Of a stretch of 64,000 bases of DNA, positions 51,578 through 60,361 are shown one piece after another. How positions within the stretch are numbered: the stretch's first letter is position 1; each line of letters starts with the position of its first letter. This DNA is from an uncultured delta proteobacterium (GTDB lineage Bacteria > Desulfobacterota > Desulfomonilia > UBA1062): contig CAVVYZ010000005.1 of the NCBI GenBank assembly GCA_963752595.1, positions 32,001 to 96,000 on the forward strand, given 5' to 3'. The position numbers and the translations under genes are program-made. The notes beneath the pieces were generated by a model. The model made no database searches. It saw nothing but the letters and a program-made list of their open reading frames with translations, and was not told where the DNA came from.

Positions 51578-52252
51578 TCATCTCCCGCCATCCGGGAGCA
51601 TGGGAACGATCATGTCGCCGATTTCGGCCCTGCCCATATCCGTCAGATACATGGAGACCATGGAATGTGTAAGGGCCATGAGATTGTCGATGGCTTCGTC
51701 CCGGGTAAACCGGCGGTCCACCAGATAGCTTAAGGCCACATGCAGGCACATGCCTATGATAATGTGCCCCAAGAGCGCGCCGTTTACGTCTTTCAGGAAG
51801 CCCAATTCTTCCCACTTGCGGAAATCTTCTTCGATATCGGATGCGAAGCCCTGAAAAAATTTCCAGAGGACGATATCCTGCTCTTCATCCACACCGAAGC
51901 CGCCGCGCAGGATCAGGAGGACCTGATCCGGGTTCGCCTCCACATAGTCGAAGAAAGCGGCATACGCCGGTCTCCACTGCTGAATGCGTTCGCGGGCGTC
52001 GCCGGGCTTCCTGGTCCGGCTCAGATCTTTGAGCTTTGCCCTTAAGCTTTCGAGCGTCTCGCGGGTGATCTGCTCGAACAGGTCCCGCTTATCCTTGAAA
52101 TGAGTGTAGATGCTTCCCGTGGATATGCCTGCAGCCTTGACGATATCCGCAATCCGGGCCTTGTGATACCCCTTTTCGCTGAATACCTTGATGGCAGCCT
52201 GGAATATCATCTCCCGTGTCTCGGCCTTGCGCGCCTCCAATGGATTCGACAT
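51578..52252 (-). CDS. TetR/AcrR family regulator
   Basis: AAIKVFSEKGYHKARIADIVKAAGISTGSIYTHFKDK. Confidence 0.92.
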   Translation of the reverse strand: MSNPLEARKAETREMIFQAAIKVFSEKGYHKARIADIVKAAGISTGSIYTHFKDKRDLFEQITRETLESLRAKLKDLSRTRKPGDARERIQQWRPAYAAFFDYVEANPDQVLLILRGGFGVDEEQDIVLWKFFQGFASDIEEDFRKWEELGFLKDVNGALLGHIIIGMCLHVALSYLVDRRFTRDEAIDNLMALTHSMVSMYLTDMGRAEIGDMIVPMLPDGGR

Positions 52253-52396
52253 CGCTTCTTTCCTTGAGAATATTATATAGCATAATAAAAGTGAATCAAA
52301 ATTTCTAAGCTATAAATAATTACACATGTTATCTTTCCAGTCAATATAATATATTGAAAGAAACTTATCTCGATACTTGAGAAGAGGGAATCTCAT

Positions 52397-52432
52397 AAAA
52401 AAAGGGAATGGGATACAAAATCCCATTCCCTC
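52397..52432 (-). terminator. Intrinsic terminator after the FN3 gene
   Basis: AGGGAATGGGAT/ATCCCATTCCCT stem with a T-run on the minus strand. Confidence 0.75.
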
Positions 52433-52456
52433 ACCTTTTGATTGCACAATAGGAGG

Positions 52457-53056
52457 TTATCTTTTTTTGAAGTAGTACCGGCTGCTTTTATACACCTGGC
52501 CGCTTGACGTAGTGCCTTCCACGTACCAGTATACCGTGTTGCCGGAAGAAACATCATATCTCCACCAGGATGACGGGAAAACGCACGAAGTGCCGGTTCC
52601 GTTGTAGATATTGTAATAGTTCCTGGCATCCTTTGAGACAAAGACCTTGTACCTCGCCATGCCGGTGCCTTTCCAGGTGAACGTGGGTGCAGTGCTCAGA
52701 ACCGCGCCGTTTTGCGGGGTGAGCGGCGAGAGAGTGGGTGTTGTGGTCGGCGCAGGAACATACACGCTCGTCTCGCTGGAGTATCCCGATTCATTGCCCG
52801 ATGTGTCATATGCAGTTAAAGCCAGATAGTAGGTTTTCCCGGTTCCCACGTTGGCGAACTGATAACTCGTGACCTTCCCAACATCTACTGCCGTGCTGTA
52901 CACGCCCGACTGGGTCCCGGTATAGATGATATACCCTGCGAGGTCGCTCTCGGTGTTCGCACTCCAGTTGACGAGAATCGATGCAGCACATCCCAGGGCC
53001 GGATAAAAAAATAATAATGAAAATATGACAAGGACTATATTCCAAGAATGCTTCAT
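52457..53056 (-). CDS. Secreted fibronectin type III domain protein
   Basis: Signal peptide, W.ANTESDLAGY.IY..YYLALTAYDTSGNESGYS and a second beta domain PTFTW..YWYV. Confidence 0.8.
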   Translation of the reverse strand: MKHSWNIVLVIFSLLFFYPALGCAASILVNWSANTESDLAGYIIYTGTQSGVYSTAVDVGKVTSYQFANVGTGKTYYLALTAYDTSGNESGYSSETSVYVPAPTTTPTLSPLTPQNGAVLSTAPTFTWKGTGMARYKVFVSKDARNYYNIYNGTGTSCVFPSSWWRYDVSSGNTVYWYVEGTTSSGQVYKSSRYYFKKR

Positions 53057-53098
53057 AGGTTGCCTCCAGTAGTTTTATTGACTGTGGAAAGACTCAAG

Positions 53099-53113
53099 GC
53101 AATTGGTGAGCCA
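53099..53113 (-). promoter_or_regulatory. Candidate sigma54 (-24/-12) promoter
   Basis: Minus strand reads TGGCTCACCAATTGC (TGGC-N7-TTGC), ~43 bp upstream of the FN3 gene start. Confidence 0.55.
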
Positions 53114-53312
53114 AGTTGGAAACGGTAATGATACTGCAAAAATAGAGGATTGATCAGCTGAGAAGAACGACAGTTTCGTCGAAAATCGTACAATTTTTGT
53201 AATTTGACTTTGTTGAATATGCGGGACGGGGCCTTATGTTCTATATAGACCCGGTTTCGCTCATAACGGGCATCTCCAGCCGGCATGCCCTTAAAATATC
53301 CAAGGAGGCTTT

Positions 53313-54398
53313 ATGAACTCAGGGGATGATAAGCTTCATCCATCAGGAATCGGAACGGGCATGGATCGGACTGAGAATGTACCCATGCCGACATGGGTGG
53401 ATGTCGCACTGACACGGCGAGAATTTCTCGAAGCTGCTGCAACCGCTGCCTTTGTTGCAGGCGTAGGCGGGCCTGCATGGAGTGCCGTTACAAAGGGCTC
53501 GATCCCGTACCGTACATTGGGGCGTACAGGCGAGAAGGTCTCCATAGTCGGATTGGGAGGCGCTCACCTTGGGGTACAGGACGATGAACAGGAAAGCGTC
53601 CGCATCATCCGTACTGCACTCGACAGCGGGATCAATTTCCTCGACAACTCCTGGGACTATAACAGCGGCAGGAGCGAGATCCGCATGGGCAAAGCCTTGC
53701 TCGACGGATACCGGCAGAAAGCGTTCCTCATGACCAAGATAGACGGCAGAACCAGGAAGGAAGCTGCTCGCCAGCTCGAAGAATCGCTCCAAAGGCTCCG
53801 GACCGATCACATCGACCTCCTGCAGTTCCATGAGATAATCCGTATGGAGGATCCGGACCGCATCTTCGCACAAGGAGGTGCACTGGAGGCAGTACTGGAA
53901 GCTCGGCAGGCGGGGAAAGTCCGGTATATCGGCTTTACCGGGCATAAGAGCCCGGATATCCACCTGAAAATGCTTCAGACAGCCTCCCGGAACAATTTCC
54001 GTTTCGATGCCGTGCAGATGCCGCTCAACCTGATGGATGCCCATTACAACAGTTTTGGGAAAAAAGTCCTGCCGGTTCTCGTGAAGGAAGGGATAGGCGT
54101 TCTCGGCATGAAGCCCATGGGCGATAAGATCATTCTGGAGAGCAAGACCGTGACGCCCATCGAGTGCCTGCACTATGCGATGAACCTGCCGACCAGCGTC
54201 GTGATTACCGGCTGCGACTCGTGGCCGATCCTGCAGCAGGCACTGGATGCCGCAAGAAGCTTCCGGCCCATGGATTCCGGTGCGGTAGATACGCTCCTGA
54301 GGAAAACCGCACATGCTGCTGAGAATGGTCGGTTCGAGCTCTACAAGACATCCCGCACCTTCGACAGCACCCACAGGAATCCCGAATGGCTCGGATAA
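53313..54398 (+). CDS. Aldo/keto reductase with a twin-arginine-like signal
   Basis: LTRREFLEAAA, YRTLGRTGEKVS, GINFLDNSWDY, ESLQRLRTDHIDLLQFH and GKVRYIGFTGH. Confidence 0.88.
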   Translation: MNSGDDKLHPSGIGTGMDRTENVPMPTWVDVALTRREFLEAAATAAFVAGVGGPAWSAVTKGSIPYRTLGRTGEKVSIVGLGGAHLGVQDDEQESVRIIRTALDSGINFLDNSWDYNSGRSEIRMGKALLDGYRQKAFLMTKIDGRTRKEAARQLEESLQRLRTDHIDLLQFHEIIRMEDPDRIFAQGGALEAVLEARQAGKVRYIGFTGHKSPDIHLKMLQTASRNNFRFDAVQMPLNLMDAHYNSFGKKVLPVLVKEGIGVLGMKPMGDKIILESKTVTPIECLHYAMNLPTSVVITGCDSWPILQQALDAARSFRPMDSGAVDTLLRKTAHAAENGRFELYKTSRTFDSTHRNPEWLG

Positions 54399-54459
54399 TT
54401 TGACACTTCCGGCACCGGATACTATTAAAGAATCATTCACCATCTTGGGAGGTTTGGCA

Positions 54460-54645
54460 ATGAACATCATATCAGAAAAAGAAGAAACAAAAAAAGCCAT
54501 CAGATGGATTTCGGAGCACCTGGAAGAGAATCCCGACCAGCCGGTGAGGAAGCTCATAGACAAGGCTATTTTTGAATTCAATCTTTCCCCTGCCCATGCG
54601 GAATTCCTGACACGCTTTTTCCATGAGCGGGCAGCAGGAAAGTAG
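54460..54645 (+). CDS. Small hypothetical protein (61 aa)
   Basis: GGAGG RBS. The KKAIRWISE..LIDKA..FNLSP..EFL pattern resembles small deltaproteobacterial proteins (recollection only). Confidence 0.65.
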   Translation: MNIISEKEETKKAIRWISEHLEENPDQPVRKLIDKAIFEFNLSPAHAEFLTRFFHERAAGK

Positions 54646-54821
54646 CTGCCGGAAGATTAGCGGGCCCGGACGGTTTTCCTTTGCATACTTACCCAGGGTA
54701 GAAGGGCGTCAAAGGGTATTCTGAGGAATTCCAGACTGCCCTCCCCGCTCATACGCCCGGTATACCAGGGTCTCCCTCCTGACCGGTCCATGAAAAATCT
54801 CTCTTCGTTTTAAATTCATCC

Positions 54822-54870
54822 TTTTTCATACCTTAGTATGATGAAAAGTGGTGTCTTATAATAGTATAAT
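54822..54870 (+). promoter_or_regulatory. Conserved activator box plus TATAAT (copy 2)
   Basis: TTTTTCATACCTTAGTATGATGAAAA at 54822-54847 and TATAAT at 54865-54870. Confidence 0.68.
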
Positions 54871-54927
54871 CATATGATCAAGCCGGAAAGATCGTTTCCG
54901 CTTGCGATATGATTTGGGAGGCTTTCA

Positions 54928-56970
54928 ATGGAATATCGAGATGATACACTCTGCGGTTTCTTTCATAAGCGGGTCCGGGAAATGGATGGAAACAGGCCCT
55001 TTCTCATGGGGAGATTCGACGGGCGGGGAGACCCCGTATCCGAATTCCAAACCATTACCTGGGGCGAGACGAGGAGGCTTTCCCTCGAACTTGCGTCAGG
55101 ATTGACGGCGCTCGGCGTGAGCCGTGGTGACAAGATCGCGATCTTTTCCGAGAGCCGTCCGCGCTGGATCATTGCCGACCAGGCCATACTGGCCATAGGC
55201 GGGGTCGAGGTGCCATTGTACCCCACTCTGTCGAAAGAAGAATTCTCTTACATGATCGGCGACAGCGGCTCGAAGGTCGTCTTCTGCTCCACGGCGGAAA
55301 AGGCAGAGATGGCCCGCTCGGTCCGCCCGGATACCTCGCTTGAGATCATCATCACCATGAGTTCGTACCGGGGGGACCCGGGCGATAAGGTCTACCACTT
55401 TAACGAGATCATCGAGATGGGGAGGAAAAACTTCGACCTCCCGAAGCTTGAACAGGAAATTGCTCGTGCAAAGCCCGAAGACCTCGCCAGCATCATTTAC
55501 ACCTCCGGAACAACCGGCATGCCCAAGGGTGTGATGCTCACCCACGCAAACTGGATCGCTTCCATACACCAGTTCAGCGACCCTACCCTCATCCGCCGCC
55601 AGGCCCTTGATACGAATTCCCGCCTGCTCTTCCTGGTGCACCTGCCCATATGCCATGTCTACGGCCGCACCTGCGACTACCACGTCGGCGGGATCAAGCA
55701 GGGAGGCATCCTGGCATTCGAACCCGACTTCAGCCGTATTCCCAAGACGTTGAAAGAGCTTCGGCCCAACGTGATCATCAGCATCCCGCGGTTCTTCGAA
55801 AAGGTCTACGATCAGATCAATGCGATCATATCGCGGCAGCCTCCGCGGGTGGGCAAAATCTTCGCCTGGGCCATGCGCCAGGGGCAGAAATACACCGATG
55901 CCATGGCAAAAGGGACCCGGCTTGGCATACTGGACCTGTGGCTGTTTTCCCAGGCCAATATCCTCGTGTTCAACAGGATACGCAAGGAGGTGGGCATCGA
56001 CCGCCTCGTCATGGCAGGCTCCGGCGGCGGGAAGCTCTCGGCAGAGGTCTGCACCTTCTTCCGCTCCATGGGGGTCCAGCTCTGCGAAGGCTACGGCCTC
56101 ACGGAGACTGCAGCCGTACTGAACTACAATGCCCCGGAGTTCTGGGGACTGGACAGGGACAATCTCACCAGGTTCCAGAACAGGATGATCGACTGGACCA
56201 TCGACTGCATGGTCCGGAAGCAGGCTGAAGGCAAGTCTCCTTACACGAACCCCTTGCGCTCGCTCAAGCTCATGGTCGCTTACCTGTCCCTTGCATACCG
56301 CCTCCAGGTCAAGGCAGGGACAGTGGGCAAACCCGTCATCCGGACCGAAGAGAAGATCGCGGACGACGGGGAGATCCTCGCAAAGGGCCCCCAGATCTTC
56401 AAAGGCTACTGGGGCATGCCCGAGGAGAACGAAAAGACCTTTACCCCTGACGGCTGGTTCTGCACCGGCGACATCGGACGGTTCGACGAAGACGGGTTCC
56501 TGGAGATAACGGACAGGAAAAAGGATCTCTTCGTCACTTCCGGCGGCAAGAACGTTGCCCCGCACCCGATAGAGCTCGCCGTCATATCCCGCCCTTATAT
56601 CGACCAGGCATGCCTCGTGGGCGACGGGGAAAAATATCTGGCGGCACTCATCGTACCGGACTTTCCCGAGCTGAATCGATATGCAAAGGAATCGGGGATC
56701 TCCTGTAGAGAGCCGGAAGAGCTCATCCTGAATGAAAAGGTAAAGGCCCTGCTCCAGAGCCAGGTGGATGAAGTGAACAGCCACCTTTCCCGCTACGAGC
56801 AGATCAAGTATTTCACCCTGCTTGCACGACCTTTCAGCGTGGAGGGCGGCGAGCTGACGCCCACGCTCAAGCTCAAGCGTCGGGTCATCAAGGAGCGCTT
56901 CCAAGATCAGATCGCATCGATGTTCCGGGTTCAGGCGCAGGCTGCCGGAAAGCAGGAAGCAGGCAGATAA
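54928..56970 (+). CDS. Long-chain fatty acid--CoA ligase
   Basis: IIYTSGTTGMPKGVMLTH, EGYGLTET, GWFCTGDIG, TDRKKDLFVTSGGKNVAP and ELTPTLKLKR. Confidence 0.92.
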   Translation: MEYRDDTLCGFFHKRVREMDGNRPFLMGRFDGRGDPVSEFQTITWGETRRLSLELASGLTALGVSRGDKIAIFSESRPRWIIADQAILAIGGVEVPLYPTLSKEEFSYMIGDSGSKVVFCSTAEKAEMARSVRPDTSLEIIITMSSYRGDPGDKVYHFNEIIEMGRKNFDLPKLEQEIARAKPEDLASIIYTSGTTGMPKGVMLTHANWIASIHQFSDPTLIRRQALDTNSRLLFLVHLPICHVYGRTCDYHVGGIKQGGILAFEPDFSRIPKTLKELRPNVIISIPRFFEKVYDQINAIISRQPPRVGKIFAWAMRQGQKYTDAMAKGTRLGILDLWLFSQANILVFNRIRKEVGIDRLVMAGSGGGKLSAEVCTFFRSMGVQLCEGYGLTETAAVLNYNAPEFWGLDRDNLTRFQNRMIDWTIDCMVRKQAEGKSPYTNPLRSLKLMVAYLSLAYRLQVKAGTVGKPVIRTEEKIADDGEILAKGPQIFKGYWGMPEENEKTFTPDGWFCTGDIGRFDEDGFLEITDRKKDLFVTSGGKNVAPHPIELAVISRPYIDQACLVGDGEKYLAALIVPDFPELNRYAKESGISCREPEELILNEKVKALLQSQVDEVNSHLSRYEQIKYFTLLARPFSVEGGELTPTLKLKRRVIKERFQDQIASMFRVQAQAAGKQEAGR

Positions 56971-57007
56971 GGCTCGTGGACTTTCTCAGGGCAAAGAGGA
57001 CGTTGTC

Positions 57008-58183
57008 ATGAAAGAATGCGTGATCGTTGACGGTGTACGGACTGCGAATGCCAGGGCTCATGCGGGAAAAGGCTGGTTCCGGAACGTGCGGCCGGAAAGC
57101 CTGCTCATCGCGTGCTATAATGCCCTTTTCGAGCGGAACCCGGATGTCAGGCCGGAGCACGTCGAAGCGGTTTTCTGCGGCTGTGCAAATATAACAGGCA
57201 TGCAGAACGATATCGGAAGGCTTGCCTGGCTTGCCGGCGGGTTTCCCGAGACCGTTGCCTCCAATACTCTCACCCAGCAGTGCCCTTCGGGCATGTCTGC
57301 GCTGGAGCACGCCGCAAGGGCGATCATGTGTGGAGAGGGCGATACCTACATCGTCTCAGGCATCGAGGACATGCAGAAGGTCCCCATGGCCATGGGCATG
57401 GATTTCGCGCCTGTGCTCTTCGAACGGTATGATGCTTTAGAGATTCCCATGGGATCGACCGCCGAGAAGGTGGCCAGGCTCTACGGCATCAGCCGGGCAG
57501 ACCAGGAGAACATGGCGCTCTGGAGCCACAGGAAGGCTTCCGATGCCACAATGGCGGGCAAATTCAAAAGCGAGCTCGTGCCAGTTGCGGGACACAGAGA
57601 AGACGGCACGCCGTTCATGGTCGAAGAAGACCAGTGGATCAGGCCCGATATATCTCTGGAAAAAATGGCAGCCATGCAGCCGGTTTTCGACCCGAGCGGC
57701 GTGGTGACCGCTGCCACATCGTCTCCTCTGACCGCGGGCGGGGCCGCGCTGCTCCTCATGGAGCGTAAGAAAGCGGACAAGAGGGGCCTTTCCTACCATC
57801 TCAAGTACGTCCACGGCTCCATGGCAGGCTGCGACCCCACCCTCATGGGGATAGGACCTATCCCTGCCTGCCGGAAACTGCTCGAACGGACCGGCCTCGC
57901 CGTCCGGGACATCGATGTCTGGGAGCTCAACGAGGCCTTTGCAAGCCAGGCGCTCGCCTGTCTGCGGGAGCTCGGCATCGCACAGAACGCTCCTTTCGAG
58001 AACGTGAACGTCTGGGGTGGAGCGCTGGCCCTGGGACATCCTCTGGGAGAATCCGGGGCACGGATCGTCGTGACGCTGAACAGCATCATGAAGACCGACA
58101 GGAAAAAGTCAAGGTACGGCATCGCCACGCTCTGCGGCGGTTTCGGGAACGGCAATGCCGTACTGCTGAAAAGGGTGGGATAG
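57008..58183 (+). CDS. 3-ketoacyl-CoA thiolase
   Basis: [18 protein letters not shown] and LCGGFGNG. Confidence 0.92.
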   Translation: MKECVIVDGVRTANARAHAGKGWFRNVRPESLLIACYNALFERNPDVRPEHVEAVFCGCANITGMQNDIGRLAWLAGGFPETVASNTLTQQCPSGMSALEHAARAIMCGEGDTYIVSGIEDMQKVPMAMGMDFAPVLFERYDALEIPMGSTAEKVARLYGISRADQENMALWSHRKASDATMAGKFKSELVPVAGHREDGTPFMVEEDQWIRPDISLEKMAAMQPVFDPSGVVTAATSSPLTAGGAALLLMERKKADKRGLSYHLKYVHGSMAGCDPTLMGIGPIPACRKLLERTGLAVRDIDVWELNEAFASQALACLRELGIAQNAPFENVNVWGGALALGHPLGESGARIVVTLNSIMKTDRKKSRYGIATLCGGFGNGNAVLLKRVG

Positions 58184-58277
58184 AAGCTTTTGCCTCGCTG
58201 ACAGACGATTGAATCCGACCCGGCAAGGGAATGTGCCCGGCGATATTCGGTACGCTATTATGTAAAAGGAGGATCAT

Positions 58278-59045
58278 ATGAACTTTGAAACATTGCTTAT
58301 TGAAAGGCACGCATATGTGGCGGTACTTACCCTGAACCGCCCGCCGAACAATGCAGTGAGCTACATCATGCTGCAGGAGATCGACAAGGCACTGACAGAG
58401 GTGGCAGCGGACAGGGAAGCGCGGGCACTGGTGATTACCGGTGCAGGAGAGAAGAGCTTATGCGCAGGCATGGATGTGGTGGATGCAATCAACCACCCGG
58501 ATGTAGGCGAAGTGGGCAGGGCCTTATGGACAAGGTGGACCTCTTCGAGAAGCCGACCTTTGCGGCCATCAACGGCCACGCCCTGGGGGGCGGGTGCGAG
58601 CTGGCACTGGCCTGCCATTTCCGGTACATGGCGGAAAACCCCAATGCCAACATAGGCTGCCCCGAGATCAACCTGGGCATTATGCCGGGCTGGGGCGGGA
58701 CACAGAGGATGACACGGCTCCTGGGCAGATCCAAGGCACTGGAACTCATGCTTAACGCAAGACGCCTGAGCCCCCGGGAGGCTTTTCCGTCGGCCTGGTG
58801 GACGGCTCTTTGCACCTGAGCAGCTCATGCCCCAGGTCATGGAGATCGCCGCCGCCCTTTCCGAGAAGGCGCCGCTTTCCGTCACGCGCCATCATCAAGG
58901 CCTCTACCACGTTTGTAAACAAAGGGATCGAAGAAGGACTCAAGGCCGAGGAAGAGGAGAGCAAGATCTGCTCGCCATCCAAGGATGCCATCGAGGGGTT
59001 CACGGCATTCATGGAGAAGAGAAACCCGAGTTCAAGGGCGAATAA
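58278..59045 (+). CDS. Enoyl-CoA hydratase (frameshifted)
   Basis: LNRPPNN, CAGMD, AAINGHALGGGCELALAC, PEINLGIMPGWGGTQR and AFMEKR, spread over several frames. Confidence 0.85.
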
Positions 59046-59067
59046 GAATAGTTTCCTGGAGGAGAAT

Positions 59068-60207
59068 ATGGACGTAAAAAAGATTGCAGTAATCGGCGCC
59101 GGCGCCATGGGCAACGGCATCGCCCAGGTTGGGCTCATGGCAGGGTATACCGTTCCATGCACGACATGGAGCAGCGCTTCGTGGACAGGGGCGTGAGCAC
59201 GATCAAGGAGAGCCTGGCTAAGTTCGTGGGCAAGGGCAAGATCACCGAAGACCAGAACAAGGACATGCTTGCCCGGCTCCTGCCCACGACCGACCTCAAG
59301 GCAGCGGTGGCGGATGCGGACCTGGTCATCGAGGCCGTGTTCGAAGACCTGGGCCTCAAGAAGAAGATCTTCGCCGAGCTGGATGCCTATGCCCCGGAGC
59401 GAACCATCCTGGCGAGCAACACCTCGTCCATGAGCATCACCGAGATCGCCTCGGCAACCAAGCGGCCGGAGAAGGTCGTGGGCATGCACTTCTTCAACCC
59501 CGCGGTGCTCATGAAGCTCGTGGAGGTCATCTACGCAAAGCAGTCAGCGGATGCGAGCCATCCAGACCACCTTTGACGTGGCCAAAAAGATGGACAAGAT
59601 CCCGGTCATCGTGAAGAAGGACTCGCCGGGATTCATCTACAACCGGGTGAATGCGCCCACCGCCCTGCTGCTCCAGCTCATCCTGGACAAGGGAGCCCCA
59701 CCCCCGCCCAGTTCGACGCGGCATTCAAGGCCTTCATGCCCATGACCCCCTTCGAGCTCCTCGATTATGTGGGTCTCGACATCGTGCTGCACACGCAGAA
59801 GTACTATTCAGAAACGCTCTCGAAGGATTACACCCCGGGAAAGGCGCTGGTCGATCTGGTATCAAGTCCGGAAACCTCGGCAAAAAAACCGGCAAAGGCC
59901 TGTACGACTGGTCTGCAGGCAGGCCCGCCATCGACACCTCGAACCCCACCACCGAGTACGATTCACGCACATGGTTGCCCTGCAGGTGAATGAGGCCACC
60001 AAACTCCTGGAGGAAGGCGTGGCGAAGACCCCAAGGATATCGACCTCGCCATGGCCAACGGAGGCGGCGGCATCGGCCCTTCGCGCTGGCCAAGGGCATC
60101 GGCTACGACAAGCTCGTGATCCGAAATGCAACGAGCTGGCCGACAAGTTCGGCATCGAAACCTTCCGGCCCACAAAGACCATGCTCGAAGGCAAGGTCGG
60201 GGTGTAA
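59068..60207 (+). CDS. 3-hydroxyacyl-CoA dehydrogenase (frameshifted)
   Basis: IAVIGAGAMGNGIAQ, IEAVFE, ASNTSS, GMHFFNP, KDSPGFIYNR, MTPFELLDYVGLD and GKKTGKGLYD. Confidence 0.87.
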
Positions 60208-60323
60208 CCGGCCCGGCCCGGCAAAAGGCAGAAGCCCAGGGATCATCCGTACCCGGCGATGAACCGCTTGTCTTCGCTCATAGAAGGGTCGCAGAGAACA
60301 TAATTGCCGGTTGGACGTTTTTG

Positions 60324-60361
60324 AAAAAGGGGAAGAGTTCCGGAAACTCTTCCCCTTTTTA
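60324..60361. terminator. Bidirectional intrinsic terminator
   Basis: AAAAGGGGAAGAGTT/AACTCTTCCCCTTTT between convergent operons. Confidence 0.8.

Noticed and set aside
55096-56904. Long antisense ORFs (602 aa here; also 50163-51728, 53343-54581, 40079-41206, 33995-35116)
   Set aside because: These are shadow ORFs opposite well-supported genes, expected from GC-rich codon usage, and show no recognisable motifs.
58278-60207. ECH and HADH as decayed pseudogenes
   Set aside because: Dense single-base indels with well-preserved motifs between them match the error pattern seen in asd.
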